Positions 56,401 through 64,000 of a stretch of 64,000 nucleotides of DNA are shown here, in pieces. Position numbers and translations under genes: made by a program. Each line of letters begins with the position of its first letter. Within the stretch, counting starts at the first letter, position 1. Source of the DNA: a bacterium (GTDB lineage: Bacteria > Bacteroidota > Ignavibacteria > Kapaibacteriales > UBA2268); NCBI GenBank assembly GCA_030431515.1, contig JAUIIX010000001.1:67008-131007 (forward strand), written 5' to 3'. The notes under the pieces are model-generated. The model was not told the DNA's origin, ran no database searches, and saw nothing but the letters and a program-made list of their open reading frames with translations.

Positions 56401-56604
56401 TGTAGATTTCCAAAGTCCTCCTGAAGCAGTTCCACAGTAAATTTCTTGTTTGTTTAATAGGTTTACATCAATAGATGTTACTCTACCTGACATCCCTGCG
56501 GGTCCAACATTACGTGGAGAAAGTTTTTTAAACTTTTCAAAATCAATGTCTTGTGAATACACTGTTAGTGCAATAAAGAAGAGTAGTATAGTTGAAAATT
56601 TCAT
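53401..56604 (-). CDS. Secreted BNR/Asp-box repeat protein (sortilin/VPS10-like double propeller) with an acidic linker and a coiled-coil C-terminus
   Basis: Has a signal peptide and at least 10 S.DGG.(T/S)W motifs (DGGKTWQF, NGGDTWEKV, DGGESWKLM, DGGKNWTNT...). Low-complexity segment: KKNTDKKSKEKTELDDEDNE. Confidence 0.8.
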   Translation of the reverse strand: MKFSTILLFFIALTVYSQDIDFEKFKKLSPRNVGPAGMSGRVTSIDVNLLNKQEIYCGTASGGLWKSTSGGITWFPIFDSVEVQSIGAFKIQQSNPDVLWVGTGEGNPRNSLNSGKGIYKSIDGGKTWQFKGLKNSSNIHRIIINRENPDIVFAGVIGNPWYNSEERGIFKTTNGGDTWEKVLYINDLTGCSDLVVDPINPNKMIATMWEHQRKPYFFNSGGKGSGIYITYDAGKNWKKVTDGLPEGTLGRIGLAIATNRNNIVYAIVEAKKNGFYKSEDGGESWKLMTTSNFGNRPFYYSEIYVDPQNENRIYSLYSVISRSEDGGKTWEVIVPYSGVHPDHHAFWIDPENPKFMIDGNDGGLNITWDMGKSWRFIENIPVAQFYHISVDNAIPYNIYGGMQDNGSWIGPSRVWRQGGIRNSYWQELTFGDGFDVVPDASDSRYGYSMYQEGNLMRYDLETGKTNFIKPTQFNDVPLRFNWNAAISQDPFDNKTVYYGSQFVHKSTNYGNDWEAISPDLTTNDTTKQNQRESGGLTYDVTGAENHTTILSISPSKIKKDLIWVSTDDGNIQVTTDGGKNWTNTIKNIPNYPKTPWVPYLLPSIYNENEAFAIVNNYRQGDMNAYLFHTKDLGKSWTNIVAGKNIDSYTLSFWQDVKSPNLYFLGTENGLFISFDAGKTWKKWKVGYPACPTMDMAYNKDYNDLVLGTYGRAAWVFDNIAPFQEIAKDNSILKQKLHSFPIQDAYIATWRRSTGARFDADATYKGANISSNARIQFYINSTDKKKNTDKKSKEKTELDDEDNEVNVKDDKEENEEFELKDNQVRLIVYDLAWNPIRELRQNVEDGLNIIEWGLDAKKIRYPNQKKATKFVEYGGHPIQPGKYNLILEYQGDFDTNSVEVKYDLRSEFDLNVFNSQQAKLQELYKLIETTTEIADRFREVKESISIIEKNYSKSDKEVIKKVKELNDSLAEKIDEVQEILFGKKKDKQGIFRRPDILNGNLSSAEYYINSSDYKPGSNIENLMKKCRTQLDTLIEDSNKFFEKDWVEYQSKIESLDNQIFKNYKKIEK

Positions 56605-56676
56605 ATTTGAACTTTAGAATTATTTATTAAAAATATTTTACGAATAAAAAAGTATTAAGTTTTATAATTGATTAGT

Positions 56677-58116
56677 TTACTTCCTTTTAGTAAATTTTCT
56701 GATTAATTCTTTTATATTATTAGTATCATTTTTACTGATTGCACCCGTTAATATTAACAAAATAGGCCAAACAATCAGTACAGAAAAATCAAAATATAAT
56801 CCTAATGACAAATAAGTATATACAAAATATGTAATAATTGTAATTATAACTATTAAACTTATTTTTTTCCAATCATAATCTAAAGGATAGTATTTTTTTG
56901 ATTTGAAAAATAATATAAAAGCAGAAATCATATATGCTAAAATTGTTAGCCAAGCAGATGCAATATAAGAATATTTTGGGATTAATAGTATATTTCCAAC
57001 TATATTAATTACCATTGCTACTCCTACTGCAAATGGTAATTCTTTGGTATTTTTTGTGATATTAATTCCAATTGCGAAATAATTAAAAAGACCAAGAAAG
57101 AAATATCCACCTAAAATAAGTGGAATAATCTGAAGACCTTCCCAGTAAATTGGATTAATAAATTTACCACCAAAAAATGGTAATGTTACTATATAAGGCA
57201 TAAATATAGAAATAAGTAGAAATATAGCAGCACATAAAAGCACAAAATAAGTCAGTACTCGAGCAAAAAAATCTTTGGAGTCAGCATCTTTATACATATT
57301 CATATAAAGTGGTTTGAAAGCATAATCAAACGTAGTTACAAACATCATCATCGGTAAGGCGAGTTTGTAATTTGTTGAGTAAATAGCAAGTATTTCAGGG
57401 CTTTTCATATTTGGTAAAATAAAATGATCGCCTGTTTTTAGCAGCAAAGTCGATAATGCTGCTGGGACTGTTGGTATTCCAAATATTAATAGATTTTTTA
57501 ATAATTGTTTGTCGATTTTGAAGACAAAGTAATTTTTTATAACATGAATTATTAAAAGAATACCTATAAAACTTGCGATTGCTTGTGCTAAAAATACTGC
57601 TTCACCATTCATTCCATTTCCGACTATAAGCCATACATTTAGTCCGACCGCAATTAACACCATTAATAATTTTAATCCAGCGAATTGTTTAGTTTTTCGT
57701 TCCATTCTAAGTAAGGCGAATGGAATAAGCGTAACTGCATCGAAAAATAAAACGAGTGCTGAATACTTCATCATTCTAATTAACTGATCCGAATCTGTAA
57801 ATATCACATCAGATAGAAAATATATAATAGTAGAAAGTATTGCTGCAAATGAAATTACAAAAATAAAAATAGTGCTAAATACATTCTTTGGTGAATTTTC
57901 CTTAAAAAATCGGAAGAATGCGTTTTCCATTCCAAATGAATAAAGTACATTTAGAAAGGCAAGTATTGTGTAGATATAATAAACATTACCAAGGTCTTCT
58001 TGGAGTAAGTAATTAGTATAAAAGGGTGTTAAAAAAAAAGTTAAAAATCTTTGTAAGATTGTAAAACTACCATAGATAGCAGTATCTGCCGCTAATATTT
58101 TAAATTTATTAATCAA
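56677..58116 (-). CDS. Polysaccharide/oligosaccharide flippase (MOP superfamily, Wzx/MurJ-like)
   Basis: About 14 predicted TM helices. It has typical flippase length and composition and lies next to a YfhO-like gene. Confidence 0.75.
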   Translation of the reverse strand: MINKFKILAADTAIYGSFTILQRFLTFFLTPFYTNYLLQEDLGNVYYIYTILAFLNVLYSFGMENAFFRFFKENSPKNVFSTIFIFVISFAAILSTIIYFLSDVIFTDSDQLIRMMKYSALVLFFDAVTLIPFALLRMERKTKQFAGLKLLMVLIAVGLNVWLIVGNGMNGEAVFLAQAIASFIGILLIIHVIKNYFVFKIDKQLLKNLLIFGIPTVPAALSTLLLKTGDHFILPNMKSPEILAIYSTNYKLALPMMMFVTTFDYAFKPLYMNMYKDADSKDFFARVLTYFVLLCAAIFLLISIFMPYIVTLPFFGGKFINPIYWEGLQIIPLILGGYFFLGLFNYFAIGINITKNTKELPFAVGVAMVINIVGNILLIPKYSYIASAWLTILAYMISAFILFFKSKKYYPLDYDWKKISLIVIITIITYFVYTYLSLGLYFDFSVLIVWPILLILTGAISKNDTNNIKELIRKFTKRK

Positions 58117-58122
58117 TATTAT

Positions 58123-58731
58123 TTAAAATTTAATAAAAGGAGCAATAAATTCTGCTTCTTTAAGATGAACTAAAGCAAAGTCGCTAGTAAGATGTTCGAC
58201 TGCTTCTTTACATTGCGATAATGGTAAACTAAACTTATAAGCAAAATGCCATATATCTATGTCGCCAAGTGAAATTTCTAATGATAGCAATTCTGTTGTT
58301 GTCATTCTTGCACGGTCTTTTAATTTTGCTTTTGCAACATCAAAGAAAACTTTCGATTCTTCGTCAACCATGTGGTCAATGCTAAAGTAATAATTATCAA
58401 CTGTTCTTAAATCACATATTGGAAATCCTCTATCTGGGTTTTCAATTATCACTGGTAAAAATATAGTTGAAACTAAGTAAGGATATTCAGAAATATCATC
58501 ATTTTTCCATAAGTCATTCCAAACTAAAGGGTCTTTCTCTTTTAACCATTCGAAAAACTTTATTTCTCTTTCAGGTAATCTGAATAAAGCTCTTTTATGT
58601 GTAACTTGATCAATATATTTTGCGTCATCAACTGTAAATTTTTCAAAGATATGCTCTTCAAACTCCAGATGATTATCAAACTTAAAAGAATCTTTAATAA
58701 TTGCATCTAATTCTTCGAATACAAAAGCCAT
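58123..58731 (-). CDS. Cytoplasmic protein of unknown function
   Basis: The ORF abuts the YfhO-like stop (58731/58732). It has no TM or signal sequence and no recognisable motif. Confidence 0.6.
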   Translation of the reverse strand: MAFVFEELDAIIKDSFKFDNHLEFEEHIFEKFTVDDAKYIDQVTHKRALFRLPEREIKFFEWLKEKDPLVWNDLWKNDDISEYPYLVSTIFLPVIIENPDRGFPICDLRTVDNYYFSIDHMVDEESKVFFDVAKAKLKDRARMTTTELLSLEISLGDIDIWHFAYKFSLPLSQCKEAVEHLTSDFALVHLKEAEFIAPFIKF

Positions 58732-61296
58732 TTATTCACTTACCTTTTTTCTATTTTTAAATTCTAAAAATGCACCACCAAGTAATGCTAATACCATTAA
58801 TATATTAGTAATAGTAGAAAGAGTTCTACCAGTTTCAAATGAAGACGATTCATACACAAATTCTATTTTATGCTCCCCTTTTGGAACTTCTATTGACCTA
58901 ATTGCGAAATTAGTTCTGTAAATCTCAGTTTCTTTTCCGTCAATCAATGCTTTCCAACCTGGTTTATAGTATATCTCGCTTAATACTAATAGGTTATTCC
59001 CAGAACTCTTAGCTTTCAATGTGATTTTTTCATTCTCGTATTTTTCTATTTTAACATAATCACTTTCAGCAGGAGCATCAATTTTTGATTTTGGTGCTTT
59101 CTCTAAATATGCTATTTCAAGGGGGTCAAAATCATTACTTGGGTCTTTATCATATCGCTGTAATGTCGTTTTCAAGTCTTCTTTTTGTGCAGAATTTGCA
59201 AAATAAGCACGTGGTAAATAGTCTGGGTTTTGCATAACAAAAGCACCTGATGGGCTTTGATATTTTACACTAAATCCAGGATATTGTTCGCCTGCTACTA
59301 CATATTTAACATTTAAAACTTGATAAGCTAATTTGCTATAAGTTAAATAATTTGTTCCACCTTCTGATGCAATATCAAGTAAATCTTGATACAATCTTAG
59401 TTTTGCAGAGTGGTAACCATTTACATTTTCAAGTAAATAATAAGCTGTCATATTTGGTGTTTGCGATACAAAATCTGCAATTCTAAATTTAGATTTATCT
59501 TCTTTTATTGCATCAACCCAATCTGGAGTTTTAAACATCTCTGTGTTTGATTTCTCTTCATTCGGATTGTTTGCTCTGTAGTCAACTCTCCATAAATCAA
59601 ATATTAAAAGTACAAAAGTTGCAATCATTAATATTTGTTTGTTAATTTTTTCTTTTATAAATAAGAAGATTAAGCCACCAAAAATTGAAGCAATTAAACC
59701 TATTGTAAGGAAGTCTGAGAATGCACTATCAAACATAAATTGTTTAAATTCTTCGCCAATTTGACCAAGCATATCTTGAGGAACTCTTGAGAAAATATAA
59801 TAGTTAACGCCAAAGAATTTTTCTGAATCAACTGCTGACATATAAGACGCTTTGAATATTGTTCCAAATAATAAAGCTGCAACTAATACAAAACCAAGAC
59901 TACCAATTAAAATATAAATAGTTTTTTTATGTTCATTGAACTTGCCACGCATTCTAAAAATATCATTTAATCCATAAGCCGCCAAGACAGGCAAAGCAAA
60001 TTCTAATAAAGCAAGTGACATACTTGGTGCTCTAAATTTGTTAAAATTCGGCACATAATTATAGAAGAAATCGAAAATTACTGGGAATGTTCGTCCAAAA
60101 CTTAGCAGCAATGATATAAACGATATAACAATTAATGCTTGAACAAATACATCTTTTTTATTTCTAACTGCACCAAAAATACCAAGAATAAGTATAAAAA
60201 TCCCCATATAAGCAGCCACATCTTCAAATGGTTTTTGTCCCCAATATGACCTAAAACTACCACCAATTTGAGGAGCTATTCTTGCTAAAGTTGTATTTTG
60301 ATAATCAGGTTTTTCTACATCATAATCTAATTCTCCAAATCCATAATAATTAGGCACTACAAAAGTCATCATCTCACCAGGCGAAAAAGACCAATCCGTT
60401 GCGTATTGATAAGGATTTCCACCATCTTTAGTTTTAACATCTTTAGCACCTTCGGCTTCTATTGTCGGACCTGAGCCACGAGTAGAATGAGGAGTGTAAT
60501 CTAATGTTGCCAAATACCTATCCGACGACATAGCAAAGGCAAGACCACCCGCAACTACTAATAATCCAGTTGCAACAAGTGTATTCATAAGTTCATTTTT
60601 CTGAATAGCACGAGAAATTATTTCTAAAATTAAATAAACACCAACTGCTAAAGCAGAGTAGAAAATCATCTGAATATGTGCACCTTCCATCATAATATGA
60701 AGTGCATAAGTTAATAATACAAAGTATAATAAGGAGAATTTTTCTCTAAGTTTTTCTAATGATAAGAATATATAAGGTAAGAAAGCAAAAACTACTGGCT
60801 TAGTGTTGTGTCCTATCATAATCCAAACAATAACAGCAGTTGAAAACATAGCAGCAAATCCAGCCATAAATGCCGAAAATTTATCTTTTCCTTTGCTTAA
60901 TACAAGCAAGTAAACACCAATACCGTAAAGTATATAATAAAAGGCAACCCTTGCCACATCACTTCCAAATAATTGCCCAAAAAATTCGGCTACACCAAAA
61001 ATAAATTGTGCTGGTAAATCCCAAATTCTTTCACCAGTTACTAATAAAGCTTCATAAGCAGGCATACCAGAAAAGATATGTGGAATCCACAAAGGAAAAT
61101 TTCCTAATTCAGCTGCTTTATCCAAAAATGGTTTAAAACTCATAGAAGCGATATTATCAGAAGCACCGAAACCACCACCACTTATTGCCCCCCAAAAGAA
61201 GACTATCACACTAATTACCAGAACTCCGATGTATGCCCAGTGCGGAATTTCAAAACTTGAATTACTATTTTGCTTTTTAACTAATTTCTTTGCCAT
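58732..61296 (-). CDS. YfhO-like polytopic membrane (glycosyl)transferase family protein
   Basis: About 850 aa with a multi-TM N-terminal two thirds, a soluble C-terminal domain and a final TM. This architecture is typical of the YfhO family. The call is by architecture, not motif. Confidence 0.7.
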   Translation of the reverse strand: MAKKLVKKQNSNSSFEIPHWAYIGVLVISVIVFFWGAISGGGFGASDNIASMSFKPFLDKAAELGNFPLWIPHIFSGMPAYEALLVTGERIWDLPAQFIFGVAEFFGQLFGSDVARVAFYYILYGIGVYLLVLSKGKDKFSAFMAGFAAMFSTAVIVWIMIGHNTKPVVFAFLPYIFLSLEKLREKFSLLYFVLLTYALHIMMEGAHIQMIFYSALAVGVYLILEIISRAIQKNELMNTLVATGLLVVAGGLAFAMSSDRYLATLDYTPHSTRGSGPTIEAEGAKDVKTKDGGNPYQYATDWSFSPGEMMTFVVPNYYGFGELDYDVEKPDYQNTTLARIAPQIGGSFRSYWGQKPFEDVAAYMGIFILILGIFGAVRNKKDVFVQALIVISFISLLLSFGRTFPVIFDFFYNYVPNFNKFRAPSMSLALLEFALPVLAAYGLNDIFRMRGKFNEHKKTIYILIGSLGFVLVAALLFGTIFKASYMSAVDSEKFFGVNYYIFSRVPQDMLGQIGEEFKQFMFDSAFSDFLTIGLIASIFGGLIFLFIKEKINKQILMIATFVLLIFDLWRVDYRANNPNEEKSNTEMFKTPDWVDAIKEDKSKFRIADFVSQTPNMTAYYLLENVNGYHSAKLRLYQDLLDIASEGGTNYLTYSKLAYQVLNVKYVVAGEQYPGFSVKYQSPSGAFVMQNPDYLPRAYFANSAQKEDLKTTLQRYDKDPSNDFDPLEIAYLEKAPKSKIDAPAESDYVKIEKYENEKITLKAKSSGNNLLVLSEIYYKPGWKALIDGKETEIYRTNFAIRSIEVPKGEHKIEFVYESSSFETGRTLSTITNILMVLALLGGAFLEFKNRKKVSE

Positions 61297-61519
61297 TAGA
61301 AACCTTATAATTTGGGAAAATCAAAACACTAAATTAACAAAAAAGGCGTAAATATTATAAATTTCTTTTTTAATATTTTGAAAAGCGACAGAATTAAATT
61401 AAGTTTGAAGAAATCTGTAACTTTTTTAGTGTTTGATGTGTTGTTTAAATAAGCTCAGATACAAAAATAAAAAAACATTTATTAATTTTGTAGTAATTAT
61501 AATCAAATCATTATCAAAT

Positions 61520-62353
61520 ATGAAAAAGTATTTCTACATATTTTTTTTCTTTTTATTATTTAATTCTACTTTGTTTTCAGATAGAATGTCAATTGAAGTT
61601 GAAGAACCTAATATCGATTCATTAATTAATCAATTACCAAAACTTAACTTAGATTCAAACAAAGTTAATTTATTAATAGAAATTGCTCAAAAATATAATA
61701 AATTTAATAGTAATGATATAAAAAAAGGAATTAAATATGCTAACCAATCACTTGAACTTTCAAAACAAATTAATTGGAAAGAAGGACAAATAAAAAGTTT
61801 ATTTCAGTTAGGTATATTATATGATGATATAAATGTTGATTATAATAAAGCAATTGAATATTATAAAAACACTTTAAAAATAAGTAAAGAAATTCGAAAT
61901 GAGTACTATGAATTTGGAACTTTACTATTTATTGGTAATACCTATGAAAGTCTAACTAATTATCCAAAAGCAATTGAATATTTTGAAATAGGATTAGAAA
62001 AAGCTGAAAAAATTAGTAAAAATATTGATAACAATCGTGCTTTATTTTTAGTTTTACGTGATTTGTTTAGTGCATACGAAAAAAATAGTGATTACAAAAA
62101 AGCTTTTGAAGCGTGTGAAAGATATGTCTATCTTGTAGATTACACTCGAATATCAGAAAATTATACTGAAATTGACACCCTTAAACTTAAAATAGAAAAT
62201 GAATTAAGAGAAAAAGAAACTGAAATAATCAATAAAGACAAAGAAATAGAAAAACTAATGATCTATTTAATGTATGGAGGTATTTCTGGCTTAGTTTTGA
62301 TTATTGCTTTAGCTATAAGTCTTATATTTGTTTTAAAAAGAGTTTCTAAGTAA
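61520..62353 (+). CDS. Secreted/periplasmic TPR-repeat protein with a coiled coil and a single C-terminal TM anchor
   Basis: I prefer the ATG at 61520 (MKKYFYIFFFF signal) to the TTG at 61433. TPR-like repeats: A..YY...L.I. Terminal TM: GISGLVLIIALAISLIFVL. Confidence 0.7.
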   Translation: MKKYFYIFFFFLLFNSTLFSDRMSIEVEEPNIDSLINQLPKLNLDSNKVNLLIEIAQKYNKFNSNDIKKGIKYANQSLELSKQINWKEGQIKSLFQLGILYDDINVDYNKAIEYYKNTLKISKEIRNEYYEFGTLLFIGNTYESLTNYPKAIEYFEIGLEKAEKISKNIDNNRALFLVLRDLFSAYEKNSDYKKAFEACERYVYLVDYTRISENYTEIDTLKLKIENELREKETEIINKDKEIEKLMIYLMYGGISGLVLIIALAISLIFVLKRVSK

Positions 62354-62476
62354 AAAATAAAATAATTGTAAATATGGATATTGCAACTTGTATTATACGA
62401 GTTTATAGTTTTTTAGGTGTTTATAATATTTTAATTTGAAAATCGTTTATATCTAAAAAGAAATAGAAATTATGAA

Positions 62477-62674
62477 ATGAAATATATAGCTGAAGGTATT
62501 ACTGTTGATGAAGATTTGTGTGGTGGAAAACCTACAATCCGTGGTATGAGAATTACCGTAAATACTATTTTGGGTTTACTTTCTGTCGGTGAGACAAGAG
62601 AAAATATATTTGCAAACTACCCAACAGTAAATGAAAATGATTTAAAAAATTGTTTAAATTATGCAAAAAATTAA
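62477..62674 (+). CDS. DUF433 family protein (antitoxin-like HTH)
   Basis: DEDLCGGKPTIRGMRITV..IL..L..GE....I...YP is the characteristic DUF433 core. Confidence 0.75.
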   Translation: MKYIAEGITVDEDLCGGKPTIRGMRITVNTILGLLSVGETRENIFANYPTVNENDLKNCLNYAKN

Positions 62675-62686
62675 TTAAACTAAAAA

Positions 62687-62863
62687 TCAATCTTCAATCT
62701 TCTCTTTCTTAAATTCAATAGGGTCAACTAAGACTACTTTTCCATCTCGTATAAATGCGAATTTTTCATTATTTTTTATTTTTTCATCTACTAATTTTTC
62801 AAAAGATTCTTCTAATCCTTTCATAATTATATTAGCAAGTTCTGACCCATATTCAGTTTCCAT
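62687..62863 (-). CDS. Possible 58-aa protein (METEYGSELANIIMKGLEES...KFAFIRDGKVVLVDPIEF...), below the ORF-track cutoff
   Basis: An ATG-to-TGA ORF that I translated by hand, convergent with the DUF433 gene. No homology recognised. Confidence 0.3.
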   Translation of the reverse strand: METEYGSELANIIMKGLEESFEKLVDEKIKNNEKFAFIRDGKVVLVDPIEFKKEKIED

Positions 62864-63077
62864 ATTGTTCCTTAATTATATCAAATTTTGATTGATTAAA
62901 TATCTTTAGTTTTTTAACATAATAACGACTAGCTATTAATTCTATTTTACTAGCTATATAGGATTTTTCATTCCAATATATAATTAATCAAATTTGACTT
63001 TTCAAGCATTTTTTCGTAAATTGTGTGATATTTATTTTGAAAAATTAAAAAAGTAAAATTAAAACTAAAGGAAATAA

Positions 63078-64000
63078 AATGGGCGCTGAAATAGCAGAAT
63101 TAGAACCGAAAATTGTATGGGAATATTTCCACGAAATTACGAAATATCCAAGACCTTCTAAACAAGAAGAAAAAATTGTTGCTTATGTAGAGAAGTTGGC
63201 TAAAGATTTGAATTTACCTTTGGAAAAAGATAAGTTAGGTAATATTGTTATCCGTAAAGCTGCGACACCTGGTTATGAAAATAAAAAGGGATTCTGTATT
63301 CAAGCTCACTTGGATATGGTGTGCGAGAAAAATAGGGATGTTGAGTTTGATTTTGACAATGATTCTATTCAAACTTGGATAGATAATGGTTGGGTAAAAG
63401 CAAAAGGTACAACTCTGGGTGCTGATAACGGAATGGGTATGGCTATGGGATTAGCTATTCTAACTGCTCCTAATCTTCAACATTCTGATTATGAATTACT
63501 GCTAACTTTAGATGAAGAAACTGGCTTGACTGGTGCAATGGAGTTAGGAACAGAGTTACTAAAAACATCAGATATTTTAATTAACTTAGATACAGAAGAT
63601 GACCATACTTTCTCTATTGGCTGTGCTGGTGGAATTAATACTATCGGTAATTACAAGTATGAAGGTGAAGCAAGTCCAGCTGGCTATACATTCTATGAAG
63701 TTGGTGTAAAAGGTCTTATGGGTGGACACTCTGGTGTGGAAATTCACGAAGAACGTGGTGCTGCTACTAAATTCATTACTCGTATGTTATTCGAAATGAA
63801 TAGAAAATTTGATATTAGAATTTCAACTATCGACTCTGGTAGCAAACATAATGCAATCCCAAGAGAAGCATTTGCTAAAGTTGCAATTAAATCTGAACAA
63901 GTTAATGATGTACTTGCATTTATCAAATCTCATAGTGATACTATTCAAAAAGAATATAAATCAGTTGAGAAAAATGTAGTTGCAGTTGCAGAAAAAACTG
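63078..64000 (+). CDS. pepD: Aminoacyl-histidine (Xaa-His) dipeptidase PepD, M20C family; 3' end beyond the window
   Basis: Hand translation from the ATG at 63078 gives LEPKIVWEYFHEITKYPRPS, GNIVIRKAATPG, IQAHLDMV, KGTTLGADNGMGMA and DEETGLTGA. These match E. coli PepD closely. It is absent from the ORF track because no stop lies in the window. Confidence 0.88.

Noticed and set aside
61433-61519. TTG start at 61433 for the TPR protein, as in the ORF track
   Set aside because: The extension MMCCLNKLRYKNKK... has no signal-peptide character. The ATG at 61520 gives a classic signal peptide, MKKYFYIFFFFLLFNSTLFS.
568-63926. Short antisense or out-of-frame ORFs nested in well-supported genes: 568..762, 1209..1430, 4708..4929, 7725..7907, 8715..8900, 9928..10110, 11248..11445, 13182..13439, 15125..15325, 16468..16737, 17047..17244, 18454..18702, 19374..19703, 22633..22839, 22764..22949, 26718..26987, 28812..28994, 29035..29364, 29637..29870, 30300..30638, 34036..34275, 37300..37485, 38647..38835, 41943..42128, 42561..42863, 45191..45454, 47272..47508, 48093..48317, 51911..52111, 54318..54530, 55396..55638, 59700..59882 and 63744..63926
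   Set aside because: Each lies entirely within, or mostly overlaps, a longer ORF that has clear family motifs. Their translations are low-complexity Ser/Leu/Ile/Phe-rich strings, as expected from the reverse frames of AT-rich coding DNA.
1-64000. tRNA, rRNA, tmRNA, RNase P or SRP RNA genes
   Set aside because: No gap contains the GC-rich conserved cores, such as GGTTCGAATCC-type T-arms. The only long non-coding stretches are the repeat blocks described above. This was a visual scan only, so a covariance-model search should confirm it.

Overview
The window is a visibly AT-rich, gene-dense bacterial chromosomal segment. Most genes abut or overlap by 1-8 nt, and most intergenic gaps are under 300 bp. 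About 50 protein genes can be supported.

Gene content:
- Housekeeping genes: nbaC-like 3-hydroxyanthranilate dioxygenase, folE, rpiB, purK, ymdB-like, asd, dinB, slyD-like, pfkA, pdxA, queG, pepD (partial), and RidA, MscS and DJ-1 family proteins.
- Two separate flagellar loci. One is a late operon fliC-fliS-fliD-flaG-(flgN-like)-flgM, with a near-consensus sigma-28 promoter upstream of fliC. The other is an isolated fliR-flhB pair.
- Six secreted proteins that end in a type IX secretion (T9SS) C-terminal sorting domain.
- A compact type II restriction-modification pair beside an HNH endonuclease.
- Two tandem paralogous orphan sensor kinases, a hybrid receiver-kinase, and a patatin-Omp85 (PlpD-like) protein.
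- An envelope cluster of YfhO-like protein, an unknown protein and a flippase.

Flagella together with many T9SS cargo proteins suggest an FCB-group lineage such as Ignavibacteriota. This is inference only.

I saw no rRNA, tRNA, CRISPR array, transposase or integrase.

Observations most worth a second look:
1. An 886-bp gene-free block of nested repeats at 25.1-25.9 kb. Related fragments lie at 44.0-44.3 kb, exactly where flhA would normally follow flhB.
2. An m4C-type methyltransferase fused to a degenerate staphylococcal-nuclease-like domain. It is translationally coupled to a PD-(D/E)xK-like endonuclease and preceded by a perfect 24-bp palindrome.
3. A clear homologue of the chlamydial CADD/CT610 self-sacrificial pABA synthase.
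4. dinB and queG both have conserved N-termini encoded in frame upstream with no ATG, GTG or TTG start.
5. Adjacent T9SS paralogues whose last 216 bp are about 94% identical although the rest of the genes have diverged.

All homology calls rest on motifs I recognise by eye. All coordinates of small elements were counted by hand.
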